NCBI GenBank assembly: GCA_963675665.1
Contig: OY776510.1
Location: 4,768,001 to 4,832,000, forward strand
Length of the DNA: 64,000 nucleotides
Direction: 5' to 3'
DNA from: Spirochaetia bacterium
Lineage (GTDB): Bacteria; Spirochaetota; Spirochaetia; UBA9216
Part shown: piece after piece, positions 28,555-37,208 of the stretch
Position numbering within the stretch: position 1 is the first letter of the stretch
Layout of the letters: each line of letters opens with the position of its first letter
Position numbers and translations under genes: made by a program
The notes under the pieces: model-generated
Databases searched by the model: none
What the model saw: only the letters and a program-made list of their open reading frames with translations
Told to the model about the DNA's origin: nothing

Positions 28555-29529
28555 CTACTCCAACACATTCTTCAGTCTTATCTTTCTTGTCAGCATATCA
28601 ACACTTACGACCCCTACAAGAATCAGTCCTGATGCAAAAAGCTGCCAGTAGGTCGATACACTGCTGAGAATAAGAATATTATCAATTAATCCGACAAGAA
28701 GCGTTCCCATAAGCGCGCCTATTACCGTGCCTTCACCTCCGCTTAAGGAGGCCCCCCCGATGATGCAGGCGGCAATCGATTTAAGTTCAACACCCGTTCC
28801 GGCTGTAGCCATCATCGACATCATCCTGGACGTAAGAACAACCCCCGCCAGGGCCGCCAGAACTCCTGTCAGAATATATGTACAGATTCTTACAAACTTT
28901 ACATTAATCCCGGAGAGTTTAGCAGCTTCAATATTTCCCCCGACAAAATAGACCAGTCTTCCCCAGCTGAATTTTCGCATAAATTGATCAATAACTAATA
29001 CGATGGCAAGCATCAGCATGATAGGTACGGGGAACCCAAGTATCCGACCTGCTCCGAGAAAAGCAAAACTGTCGGGAAGACCATAGATAGGCATTCCCTG
29101 GGTAATTGCCAGGGCCAGGCCTCTTACCATACTCATTGTTCCAAGTGTCGCTATAAAAGGATTTATTTCCACCTGGGTAATCAATACACCGTTAATGAAT
29201 CCGATAAATGCCCCTACTATCAACGCTATTAAGATTGAAACTGAAACCGGGACTCCACTCTCCATCAGTTTTGAAAGAACAACCCCGCAGAGAGCGAGTG
29301 TTGAACCCACAGAGAGATCGAACCCGTTTCCCGCCATCACAATCATCATTCCAACTGAAATAATACCTATGCTCAGTATTCCGTATCCTATCGCCTCAAT
29401 ATTGGTAATCGAAAAGAAATATTGATTTGTAATTGAAAAGACAATAAATAAAATCAGATTTATTAAAAAGATTAATAACGCACGGGATTTAAATATTTTG
29501 GAAAAGTAATTTTTATTTATTGAGACCAT
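28555..29529 (-). CDS. Sugar ABC permease (RbsC-like), set 2
   Basis: GFDLSVGS, PFIATLG, ELKSIAACIIGG. Confidence 0.92.
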   Translation of the reverse strand: MVSINKNYFSKIFKSRALLIFLINLILFIVFSITNQYFFSITNIEAIGYGILSIGIISVGMMIVMAGNGFDLSVGSTLALCGVVLSKLMESGVPVSVSILIALIVGAFIGFINGVLITQVEINPFIATLGTMSMVRGLALAITQGMPIYGLPDSFAFLGAGRILGFPVPIMLMLAIVLVIDQFMRKFSWGRLVYFVGGNIEAAKLSGINVKFVRICTYILTGVLAALAGVVLTSRMMSMMATAGTGVELKSIAACIIGGASLSGGEGTVIGALMGTLLVGLIDNILILSSVSTYWQLFASGLILVGVVSVDMLTRKIRLKNVLE

Positions 29530-31048
29530 TTCTTTTCTCCCTGGATTTAAAATCTACTATACTTGCCATAATGCTTTCCTGAGTAACGCTATCGTCATTA
29601 TCAATCAACTGAACTGTCTTTCCGTTATCCATAACAAGGATTCTGTCGCTCATGCCTAAAACTTCCGTCATTTCGGATGATATCAGAATAATGCTTTTAC
29701 CCTGATCCGCAATATTTTGCAGATGCTGATGTATAGCCTTTTTTGCGCCTATATCTATTCCCCTGGTGGGTTCATCAACTATTAAAATATCCGGTTCAAT
29801 TGAAACTGTCTTTGCCAGAAGAATTTTCTGCTGATTTCCGCCGCTCAATGTTCCTACAAGAATTCTGCCGTTACTGGCTTTAATATCAAAGAGTTTCACA
29901 AACTCATCCACTTTTCGTTTTAAAAGATCATTCTTTACTATTCTGTTTCTGCTGTATCTGTTTACATCTATAGACAGCATATTTTCTTCAATAGAAAAAC
30001 TTAAAAAAAGGCCCAGCTTTTTTCGGTCTTCCGTCAGATATCCGATACCCAACTCCATAGCCTTTTTGGGGTTTTTTATTTTAACTTCCTTTCCATTAAG
30101 AAGAATCCTTCCTGCAGAATGAGGAAGCGCTCCGAAAATTGCAAGAGCAAGCTCTGTTCTTCCTGCGCCTATCAATCCTGAAATTCCCAGTATCTCTCCC
30201 TTTCGTAATTTAAAATTTATATTTGAAAAACATTCTCTGTTGGAAAAGTTCTCCAGCTCAAGAACTGCTTCATCTTTTATCTGTATCTTTTTTTCAGGAA
30301 ACATTGTTCCGAGCTCTCTGCCGACCATCAAACCTGCAATTTTATCTTCCCGCATCTCTTCCTTCTGCAGTTTATCTATGAATTCACCGTCTCTCAGAAT
30401 GACGACCTGATCACAGAGTTCGACTATTTCACTGATTTCATGAGAAATATAGAGTATTGAGATGCCTTCATTTTTTAATTGTCCCAGTAATTTGAATAAT
30501 TTTTGAACAACCGGAATACTGAGAGGCCCGGTCGGTTCGTCTAAAATCATCAATTTGGGATTATAAGCAATAGCCCGAAGAATTTCGATCTGTTCACGTT
30601 CGGCAAGAGATAAATCTCCGACAACTGCAGCCGGATCCAGATTAAGTTCGAAAAGTTCAAGTAATTTAGCCGCTTCTCTGGTCTGCTTTTCAAAGTCTAT
30701 TTTATGCAGAGTCATTCGCCTGTTTTTATTCTTAAGATCCTTTACAAAAAGGTTTTCCCGAACGGACAGATTCTCACAAAGACTCAGTTCCTGATGTACT
30801 ACGGAAATTCCTTTATTAAGGGCATCATTGGGCGAACTGAATTTCTGCTCCACGCCGTTTAATATAATTTCACCCTCATCGATATCTATTGCTCCCCCGA
30901 TTGTCTTGATCAGGGTACTTTTACCAGCACCGTTCTCTCCAACAATACCGATAATCTCTCCTTTGTTTACTGAAAAAGAAACTCCTTTAAGCGCTTTTAC
31001 TCCGGGAAAGGTTTTTTTTATATTTTTCAGTGTCAATAATGATTCCAC
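29513..31048 (-). CDS. Sugar ABC ATP-binding protein, set 2
   Basis: GENGAGKST, LSGGNQQK, DEPTRG; GTG 31048 after AAGGAG preferred because the ORF-track ATG 31084 lies in a hairpin loop. Confidence 0.92.
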   Translation of the reverse strand: MESLLTLKNIKKTFPGVKALKGVSFSVNKGEIIGIVGENGAGKSTLIKTIGGAIDIDEGEIILNGVEQKFSSPNDALNKGISVVHQELSLCENLSVRENLFVKDLKNKNRRMTLHKIDFEKQTREAAKLLELFELNLDPAAVVGDLSLAEREQIEILRAIAYNPKLMILDEPTGPLSIPVVQKLFKLLGQLKNEGISILYISHEISEIVELCDQVVILRDGEFIDKLQKEEMREDKIAGLMVGRELGTMFPEKKIQIKDEAVLELENFSNRECFSNINFKLRKGEILGISGLIGAGRTELALAIFGALPHSAGRILLNGKEVKIKNPKKAMELGIGYLTEDRKKLGLFLSFSIEENMLSIDVNRYSRNRIVKNDLLKRKVDEFVKLFDIKASNGRILVGTLSGGNQQKILLAKTVSIEPDILIVDEPTRGIDIGAKKAIHQHLQNIADQGKSIILISSEMTEVLGMSDRILVMDNGKTVQLIDNDDSVTQESIMASIVDFKSREKRNGLNK

Positions 31049-31067
31049 CGACAATCTCCTTAAATCG

Positions 31068-31098
31068 GGAGAGGAAACTGACATTCGGTTTCCTCTCC
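31068..31098 (-). terminator. Stem-loop 3' of SBP 2 (stabiliser or attenuator)
   Basis: GGAGAGGAAAC-N9-GTTTCCTCTCC. Confidence 0.55.
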
Positions 31099-31108
31099 TT
31101 TCCGGTTA

Positions 31109-32137
31109 TTACTTTTCTTCGAAATTCCTGTAGTTGGTTTTATCAATTATCATAATTCCGGTATCAGTAAAATTGGGCAATGTATTGACTCCGTTTTTCT
31201 GTACAGCATCAACATCCCAGCCCTTTACAAGCTCAAGAGTATCGTGGTTATAATCATACAGCATTTTTAAACCGTAATATGACATGGCAAATGTCCTCTG
31301 GACCATTGTAGAATGAATAACCCCTTCTTCAATCAGCTTCAGCGTTTGAGGCATGGGATCAAAACCTACAAGAGTTATCTTTCCTGTTTTATTGAGGTTC
31401 TTTACGGCTGCACCCATTCCTATAGGGCTTACTCCGTCGGTGCCGAATATACCGGAAATATCGGGATTTGCGATGATCATTTCTGAATTGACCTTCGTTG
31501 CAATTTCAGTATCAGCCTTGTCGTCTACAACAGCCACAACCTCCATCCCGGGATATTTGCTGTCAATCCGGTCAATAAAACCGCGGGCTCTAGCTTCGCA
31601 GGCTTCAAAACCTACAAGATTAGAGATGCCGACTTTGCCTTTTCCGTTTAATAATTCAGCCATCAAATCTGCAGCTTTCTGGCCGGCAGCATAACCATCA
31701 GTGCCGATATAGGAAAGCCGTTTACTGTCTGGCGAATCAGTATCGACAGCTATAACCGGGATGCCGGCGGCTATTGCTTTATTTATTACGGGAACAAATG
31801 CCGGCCCGTTGAGCGGACCAACCAAAAATCCGGCCGGGTTCTTTGATATTTCCTGTTCCATTATTGCAATCTGCTGTTCAACCGAATCGCCCATAACACC
31901 GGTAAAAAATGTCTGAACACCGAGTTCGGCTGCCGCTGCTTCAAATCCGGCTTTATGGACCTGCCAGTATTGTATTCCGATATGCGGAGCAATAAGAACA
32001 TACCGTTCATCGGAAACCTTCTTCTCGACGGCTTTATTATCAACCTGCTGCTGAGCTGCAGGTTCATCCTTCGTGCAGCCTGAAAAAATTAATGCAATAG
32101 TCATTAAAATCAATAAGCTTAAAAATATTTTCTTCAT
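31109..32137 (-). CDS. Sugar ABC substrate-binding lipoprotein, set 2
   Basis: Lipobox IFSGC; periplasmic binding protein type 1 (YIGTDGY, VGFD); ATG 32137 after AGGAG. Confidence 0.88.
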   Translation of the reverse strand: MKKIFLSLLILMTIALIFSGCTKDEPAAQQQVDNKAVEKKVSDERYVLIAPHIGIQYWQVHKAGFEAAAAELGVQTFFTGVMGDSVEQQIAIMEQEISKNPAGFLVGPLNGPAFVPVINKAIAAGIPVIAVDTDSPDSKRLSYIGTDGYAAGQKAADLMAELLNGKGKVGISNLVGFEACEARARGFIDRIDSKYPGMEVVAVVDDKADTEIATKVNSEMIIANPDISGIFGTDGVSPIGMGAAVKNLNKTGKITLVGFDPMPQTLKLIEEGVIHSTMVQRTFAMSYYGLKMLYDYNHDTLELVKGWDVDAVQKNGVNTLPNFTDTGIMIIDKTNYRNFEEK

Positions 32138-32199
32138 AATAAAATTCTCCTGTTTCAATTGCTGGAGTAAAAAATCTCCCTGAATTATAACCCTTGAAA

Positions 32200-33180
32200 T
32201 TAATCCCAGGGAAGTTTTGTTCCTCTGATTTCTTCAATATTCTCCATTGTGGTGACGGAGCCTGAAGAATCAAGAATTATCATATTATCCACGCTTCCGC
32301 CGTTAATCAGAGTCAGCAGACTCTGCACTCCTACATAACCCATATCGTAAAAACTGTATCCTACCAACATCTGGGTCATACCGGACTCCAGAAAATCAAG
32401 CATCGGATAAAAATTGTCGATACTTACCACCAGATTTCCGGCATCAACAAAATCTTTAACGGTACCCAGGGATTCAGGCGGAGCAAAAAACGGCCAGCCG
32501 CCGATAAAAAACCATCCGTCAAGATTCGGATTCGCATTGGTAAAATCATCAATTACCTGTACTGCTTTATTTATGTCGTCTTCACAGGTCTGTATGGATA
32601 CAATTTCAACATTGGAACCTTTTATTCCGTCTTTAAACCCTCGTATTCTTTCTTCAAGATTGAAGGCTCCGAGAATACCGGTAAGAAGAGCTGTTTCAAC
32701 CTTTCCCGGTTTTTCTGAAGCAAGCTCCGAATATAACTTTCCTCCGAGCTTGCCAACATCATAGTTATCGATTCCTACATAAAATGCTCTGTCGCTGTCC
32801 GGCGCATCTGAATCAAAAGTCGCCACATAGATGCCGTCAGCCATTGCCTTTGCAATGACATCATTCAGAGCCGACGGGTCATTACAGCTAATCAGCATTC
32901 CGTCAACACCCTTTTGAATAAGCCCCTCAAGCACCTGGACCTGCTCTGCTGCATCACTTTTAAAACCTGCAGTCCAGATCAGCTCTATACCGAGCTCTTC
33001 AGCGGCTTTTTCAGCGCCTGCCTTGGTATCAAGGAACACAGGATTATCCATTGCCTTGGGGACAACCGCGATGGTTACCTTGCCGTTTTCAGCGCCTTTT
33101 CCTGCAGCATCCTGCTGACCGCCGGCAAAAAGAACGCCAGCCGCTATCAGCATCAGCCCGATTAGTAAGATTTTTTTCAT
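32200..33180 (-). CDS. Sugar ABC substrate-binding protein, set 1
   Basis: LFAGGQQD N-terminus; VPKAMDNPVF, TFDSD, YVGIDNY; ATG 33180 after AGGAGG. Confidence 0.88.
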   Translation of the reverse strand: MKKILLIGLMLIAAGVLFAGGQQDAAGKGAENGKVTIAVVPKAMDNPVFLDTKAGAEKAAEELGIELIWTAGFKSDAAEQVQVLEGLIQKGVDGMLISCNDPSALNDVIAKAMADGIYVATFDSDAPDSDRAFYVGIDNYDVGKLGGKLYSELASEKPGKVETALLTGILGAFNLEERIRGFKDGIKGSNVEIVSIQTCEDDINKAVQVIDDFTNANPNLDGWFFIGGWPFFAPPESLGTVKDFVDAGNLVVSIDNFYPMLDFLESGMTQMLVGYSFYDMGYVGVQSLLTLINGGSVDNMIILDSSGSVTTMENIEEIRGTKLPWD

Positions 33181-33230
33181 AATCTCTCCTCCTGAAAATA
33201 TTTGTTCCATAAATAATTATGGTTAACCCC

Positions 33231-34199
33231 TTATTTTGTTTTACGCTTGCTTGCCTGATCTCCGGCAATTGCGATTAAGATGACAATCCCGATTACGGTC
33301 TGTTGCCAGTACGGGGATACGTTAAGCAATATCAGTCCGTTTCTCAGCACCCCCATGATTGCCGCCCCGAGCATCGCCCCTACCACGGTTCCCTTTCCGC
33401 CCGACAGGCTTGCCCCGCCTATAATTACCGCAGCTATGACATCGAGTTCATAGCCTGTTCCTGATGTAGACTGGGCAACACCCAGCCTCGAAGTTGTAAT
33501 AATTCCCGACATTGCGGACAGAAACCCGCACAGAGAATAGATGACCACCTTAATTTTATTTACCTCTATACCGGAAATCTCAGCCGCCTCTTCATTGCCT
33601 CCTACAGCAAAAACCCGTCTCCCGAAAACAGTGCGTTCCAGAAGAAAAGAGAAGATAACAACAATCAACACCATATAAACAACCGGAAGCGGGATAATCC
33701 AGAGATAACCCTGGCCGATCGTATTGAAGCCGGACGGCGTCCGTATCGGATATCCGGTTGTAAGGGCATAAGCAAGGCCCCTTGCAACACTAAGCATACC
33801 AAGTGTCGCTATAAATGGCGGAATCCTGAGCAGTGTGATAAGAAATCCGTTCGCCATACCGAAAGCTGTTCCGGCGGCAAGCCCGATAAGAATCGAAACC
33901 GCGGGATTGAATCCTATTTTCTGGATAAAGAAAGCTGTCAGCAGACCGGTAAACCCGAATATTGAGCCGACAGATAAATCCACTCCGGCACTTATGATTA
34001 CAAAACACTGACCGACCGCAATGATCGCAATATACGAAAAAGCCCTCATGACCGAAAAGAGATTCTTCTGTGTCAGGAAATTGTCTGTAGCCAACGTCAG
34101 AAACAGCGACAACAGAACCAGTATCATCAATACGCTGAAATTCTTCATTTTCCCAAGATTTTTCAACTTAATCTTTTTATTTAATAATTCTTCAACCAT
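33231..34199 (-). CDS. Sugar ABC permease (RbsC-like), set 1
   Basis: GVDLSVGS, PPFIATLG, YELDVIAAVIIGG. Confidence 0.92.
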   Translation of the reverse strand: MVEELLNKKIKLKNLGKMKNFSVLMILVLLSLFLTLATDNFLTQKNLFSVMRAFSYIAIIAVGQCFVIISAGVDLSVGSIFGFTGLLTAFFIQKIGFNPAVSILIGLAAGTAFGMANGFLITLLRIPPFIATLGMLSVARGLAYALTTGYPIRTPSGFNTIGQGYLWIIPLPVVYMVLIVVIFSFLLERTVFGRRVFAVGGNEEAAEISGIEVNKIKVVIYSLCGFLSAMSGIITTSRLGVAQSTSGTGYELDVIAAVIIGGASLSGGKGTVVGAMLGAAIMGVLRNGLILLNVSPYWQQTVIGIVILIAIAGDQASKRKTK

Positions 34200-34228
34200 T
34201 CATGAACTCCATTATTTATTTAAAATTA

Positions 34229-35725
34229 TCAGCAGGAACCGGAAGAAAGCGCGGTACTCATAATCATCTCCTGAGTTGCTTCAGAACCTTCAAGAGTACC
34301 CTTCCAGACTCCTTCGTGCATCACCACAATACGGTCCGACATTGACAGAATTTCAACCAGTTCCGAACTAATCATGATGATCGAAACTCCCTGTTTAGAC
34401 AGCTCATTGATAATATGATAAATTTCCTTTTTGGCTCCGACATCAATGCCGCGGGTAGGTTCATCAAGAATCAATATTTTAGGATTTGTCGACAGCCATT
34501 TTGCCAGCACGACCTTCTGCTGATTTCCGCCGCTGAGACTTGAAACCTCCGAATCTTCGTCCGGAGTCTTCAACTTCAGTTTTTCAATAAAATTAATTGA
34601 AATTTCTTTTTCCGCTTTACGATTAATTATTCCGCAGCTGCTTATTCTATTGAGATTTGCCATCGAAATGTTTTCCCTGACGGACAGGTCAAGAATCAGC
34701 CCCTGTTTCTTTCGGTCTTCCGGAACAAATCCGATGTTGTGAGCTATAGCCTTTGAAGGATGTTTTATTCTGACTTCACCACCTTCAAGGAAGATTCTGC
34801 CTCCGGTAATTTTATCCAGCCCGAAGAGAGCCCTCATCACCTCAGATCTGCCCGCGCCGACAAGGCCGGCAAAACCAAGAACTTCACCCTTTCGAAGGGA
34901 AAAACTTACATTCCTGACTCCATTATCCGTACTGAGATTTTCAACCCTCAGAACCTCCTTGCCTGCAGGATTCCTCGTTTTCTCAAACATAGTCTCAAGT
35001 TTTCGCCCGACCATCAGGGTAATTATTTCCTCTTCACTTGTCTGGTCCAGCCTGAGGGTATCAATATGCTTTCCGTCCCGAAGAATTTGAACACGATCGC
35101 AAAGACTGAAGATTTCTTCCATTTTATGCGAGACATAAACAATTGCTACACCGTCTCTTTTAAGTTCTTCTATAATTGCAAAAAGAATTTCAGCTTCAGC
35201 ATCCGTTAGACTTGATGTAGGTTCATCCATTATGATAATTTCGGACTCAAACGAAAGAGCTTTTGCAATCTCAACCATCTGTTTTTGCGAAACAGAAAGT
35301 TCATCGATCAGGGTATCCGGTTTAATTTTCAACCCGACTTTTTCAAGCAGAACAGAGGCGGCTTCCCGCATTCCGGTTTCATTTATTATTCCTGCTGCCG
35401 ACGTTATTTCTCTTCCTATAAAGATATTATCTGCAATACTCATGTTCGGAAGAAGATTAAGCTCCTGATGAATAATGCTTATTCCCAGTTCTTCCGCCTG
35501 TTTCGGATGCTGAATATCTATTTTTTCTCCGTTGTACTCCACATACCCGCTGTCTTTATGGATTATTCCGCCGATTATTTTAATCAATGTTGATTTTCCG
35601 GCGCCGTTTTCACCAATAAGTCCCAGTACCTCACCTTTTTTCAGTGAGAAATCCACATTTCCCAGGGCCTGTACCCCTGGAAATGATTTTGAAATATTCT
35701 TCATCATATAGAATTCAGACATCAT
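34229..35725 (-). CDS. Sugar ABC ATP-binding protein (RbsA-like), set 1
   Basis: GENGAGKST, LSGGNQQK; start moved to ATG 35725/35722 because the ORF-track start (35776) lies upstream of the sigma-54 promoter. Confidence 0.92.
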   Translation of the reverse strand: MMSEFYMMKNISKSFPGVQALGNVDFSLKKGEVLGLIGENGAGKSTLIKIIGGIIHKDSGYVEYNGEKIDIQHPKQAEELGISIIHQELNLLPNMSIADNIFIGREITSAAGIINETGMREAASVLLEKVGLKIKPDTLIDELSVSQKQMVEIAKALSFESEIIIMDEPTSSLTDAEAEILFAIIEELKRDGVAIVYVSHKMEEIFSLCDRVQILRDGKHIDTLRLDQTSEEEIITLMVGRKLETMFEKTRNPAGKEVLRVENLSTDNGVRNVSFSLRKGEVLGFAGLVGAGRSEVMRALFGLDKITGGRIFLEGGEVRIKHPSKAIAHNIGFVPEDRKKQGLILDLSVRENISMANLNRISSCGIINRKAEKEISINFIEKLKLKTPDEDSEVSSLSGGNQQKVVLAKWLSTNPKILILDEPTRGIDVGAKKEIYHIINELSKQGVSIIMISSELVEILSMSDRIVVMHEGVWKGTLEGSEATQEMIMSTALSSGSC

Positions 35726-35743
35726 ATACCTCATGCCACTAAA

Positions 35744-35760
35744 CGCAAGAAAGATGCCAA
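35744..35760 (-). promoter_or_regulatory. Sigma-54 (-24/-12) promoter of the double-ABC/AOR operon
   Basis: Minus strand TTGGCATCTTTCTTGCG (GG-N10-GC), facing a divergent NtrC-family gene. Confidence 0.8.
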
Positions 35761-35830
35761 AAAACTGTGAATTCAAATATTTTATAATTGCTTATGATAT
35801 ATGGAAATAAATTGAACAGAAAAAAAACTG

Positions 35831-35869
35831 TTGACAAACCCTTGCACATTATGTATAGTTATTGCACAT
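35831..35869 (+). promoter_or_regulatory. Sigma-70 promoter of the response regulator, overlapped by two TTGCACAT boxes (putative enhancer)
   Basis: TTGACA-17-TATAGT; TTGCACAT at 35842-35849 and 35862-35869, about 110-130 bp from the sigma-54 start. Confidence 0.6.
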
Positions 35870-35882
35870 ATTGAGGTTTACT

Positions 35883-37208
35883 ATGTGTGCAGAAATATTG
35901 ATTGTCGACGATAATATAAATGTATCGAAAAGTCTAAGTGATAATTTTGAGCATTTCGGATTTAAGTGTGATACAACCGAAAACGGACTTGATGCTATTA
36001 ATGCGGTACTTTCATATAATTACAGGCTTGTTCTTCTTGACCTTAAACTGGGTTCAGAAAACGGTATAGAAATTCTTAAAAAAATAAAATCGATAAACGA
36101 AATTCTGCCTGTAATTCTTATAACCGGTTTCGGAACTATAGACACAGCCATCGAAGCAATGAAAGGCGGAGCATATGACTATATAGAAAAACCCATCAAC
36201 TTCGACAAGTTGCTGGGAATTTCGAAAAATGCAATAGAAATATATAACCTTAAAATTGAAAACAGAAAATTAACATCTCAGCTGGAAAATTCCCAACTCT
36301 CAACAAAATCAACAAAAATGATGCAGGTTATTGAGAATGCAATCATCCTGGCAAAATCTCCGCTTCCGATTCTTCTTCTGGGCGAAAGCGGTTCAGGAAA
36401 GGATGTTTTTGCCGAACTGATACATAATAACTCGGATCGTAAAGCCCTCCAGATGGAAAAAATAAATTCTGCGGCATTTCCTGAAACCCTGCTGGATAAC
36501 GAACTTTTCGGACATGAAAAAGATGCATATACAGGAGCAAACAGTCTCTTTAAAGGAGTTTTTGAGCGGGCTCATAACAGCACACTTTTTCTCGATGAAA
36601 TAGGAGACATGCCACTGTCAATTCAGGCAAAAATTCTTCGGGCCATCCAGAATCAGGAAATAAGGAGACTCGGGGGGTCTGTAAATATAAAGATAAATAC
36701 AAGATTTATAGCCGCAACCAATAAAAATATAGATGAATTGATGGAAAAAAATCTTTTCAGAGAGGACTTATTTTACAGACTTAATTCCGGTATTCTTAAA
36801 ATCCCGCCGCTGCGAGAGCATACTGAAGATATCCCCGCACTGTGTAAATGTTTTATAACGGAACATTGCAAACAGACTAACTCGGATCCGAGAATAGTAT
36901 CTGAAAATGTATATGACCGGTTTATGAATTACAGCTGGCCCGGCAATATCCGGGAACTTAAAAGCACAATAGTGTACGCGCTTACCATATCGAGAAATAA
37001 TAAAATTGAACTGGACGATCTTCCTGAATACATCACAAGCAGAAATAAGAAAATAATCTCATCAGCCGCTCCGGCAAATAACTCTGAAAAGCAGCAGATT
37101 ATTGAAGCTCTTCAAAAGGCAAAATATAATAAAACGAAAGCAGCAGAACTTCTGAACATAAGCCGGCGGACTTTATATAACAAGATGGATTCCTATGGCA
37201 TCGATTAA
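35883..37208 (+). CDS. Sigma-54-dependent response regulator (REC-AAA+-Fis HTH)
   Basis: ILIVDD, LLDLKL, GESGSGKD, DAYTGA, FLDEIG, FREDLFYRL, NKTKAAELLNISRRTLY; ATG 35883 after GAGG. Confidence 0.93.
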   Translation: MCAEILIVDDNINVSKSLSDNFEHFGFKCDTTENGLDAINAVLSYNYRLVLLDLKLGSENGIEILKKIKSINEILPVILITGFGTIDTAIEAMKGGAYDYIEKPINFDKLLGISKNAIEIYNLKIENRKLTSQLENSQLSTKSTKMMQVIENAIILAKSPLPILLLGESGSGKDVFAELIHNNSDRKALQMEKINSAAFPETLLDNELFGHEKDAYTGANSLFKGVFERAHNSTLFLDEIGDMPLSIQAKILRAIQNQEIRRLGGSVNIKINTRFIAATNKNIDELMEKNLFREDLFYRLNSGILKIPPLREHTEDIPALCKCFITEHCKQTNSDPRIVSENVYDRFMNYSWPGNIRELKSTIVYALTISRNNKIELDDLPEYITSRNKKIISSAAPANNSEKQQIIEALQKAKYNKTKAAELLNISRRTLYNKMDSYGID

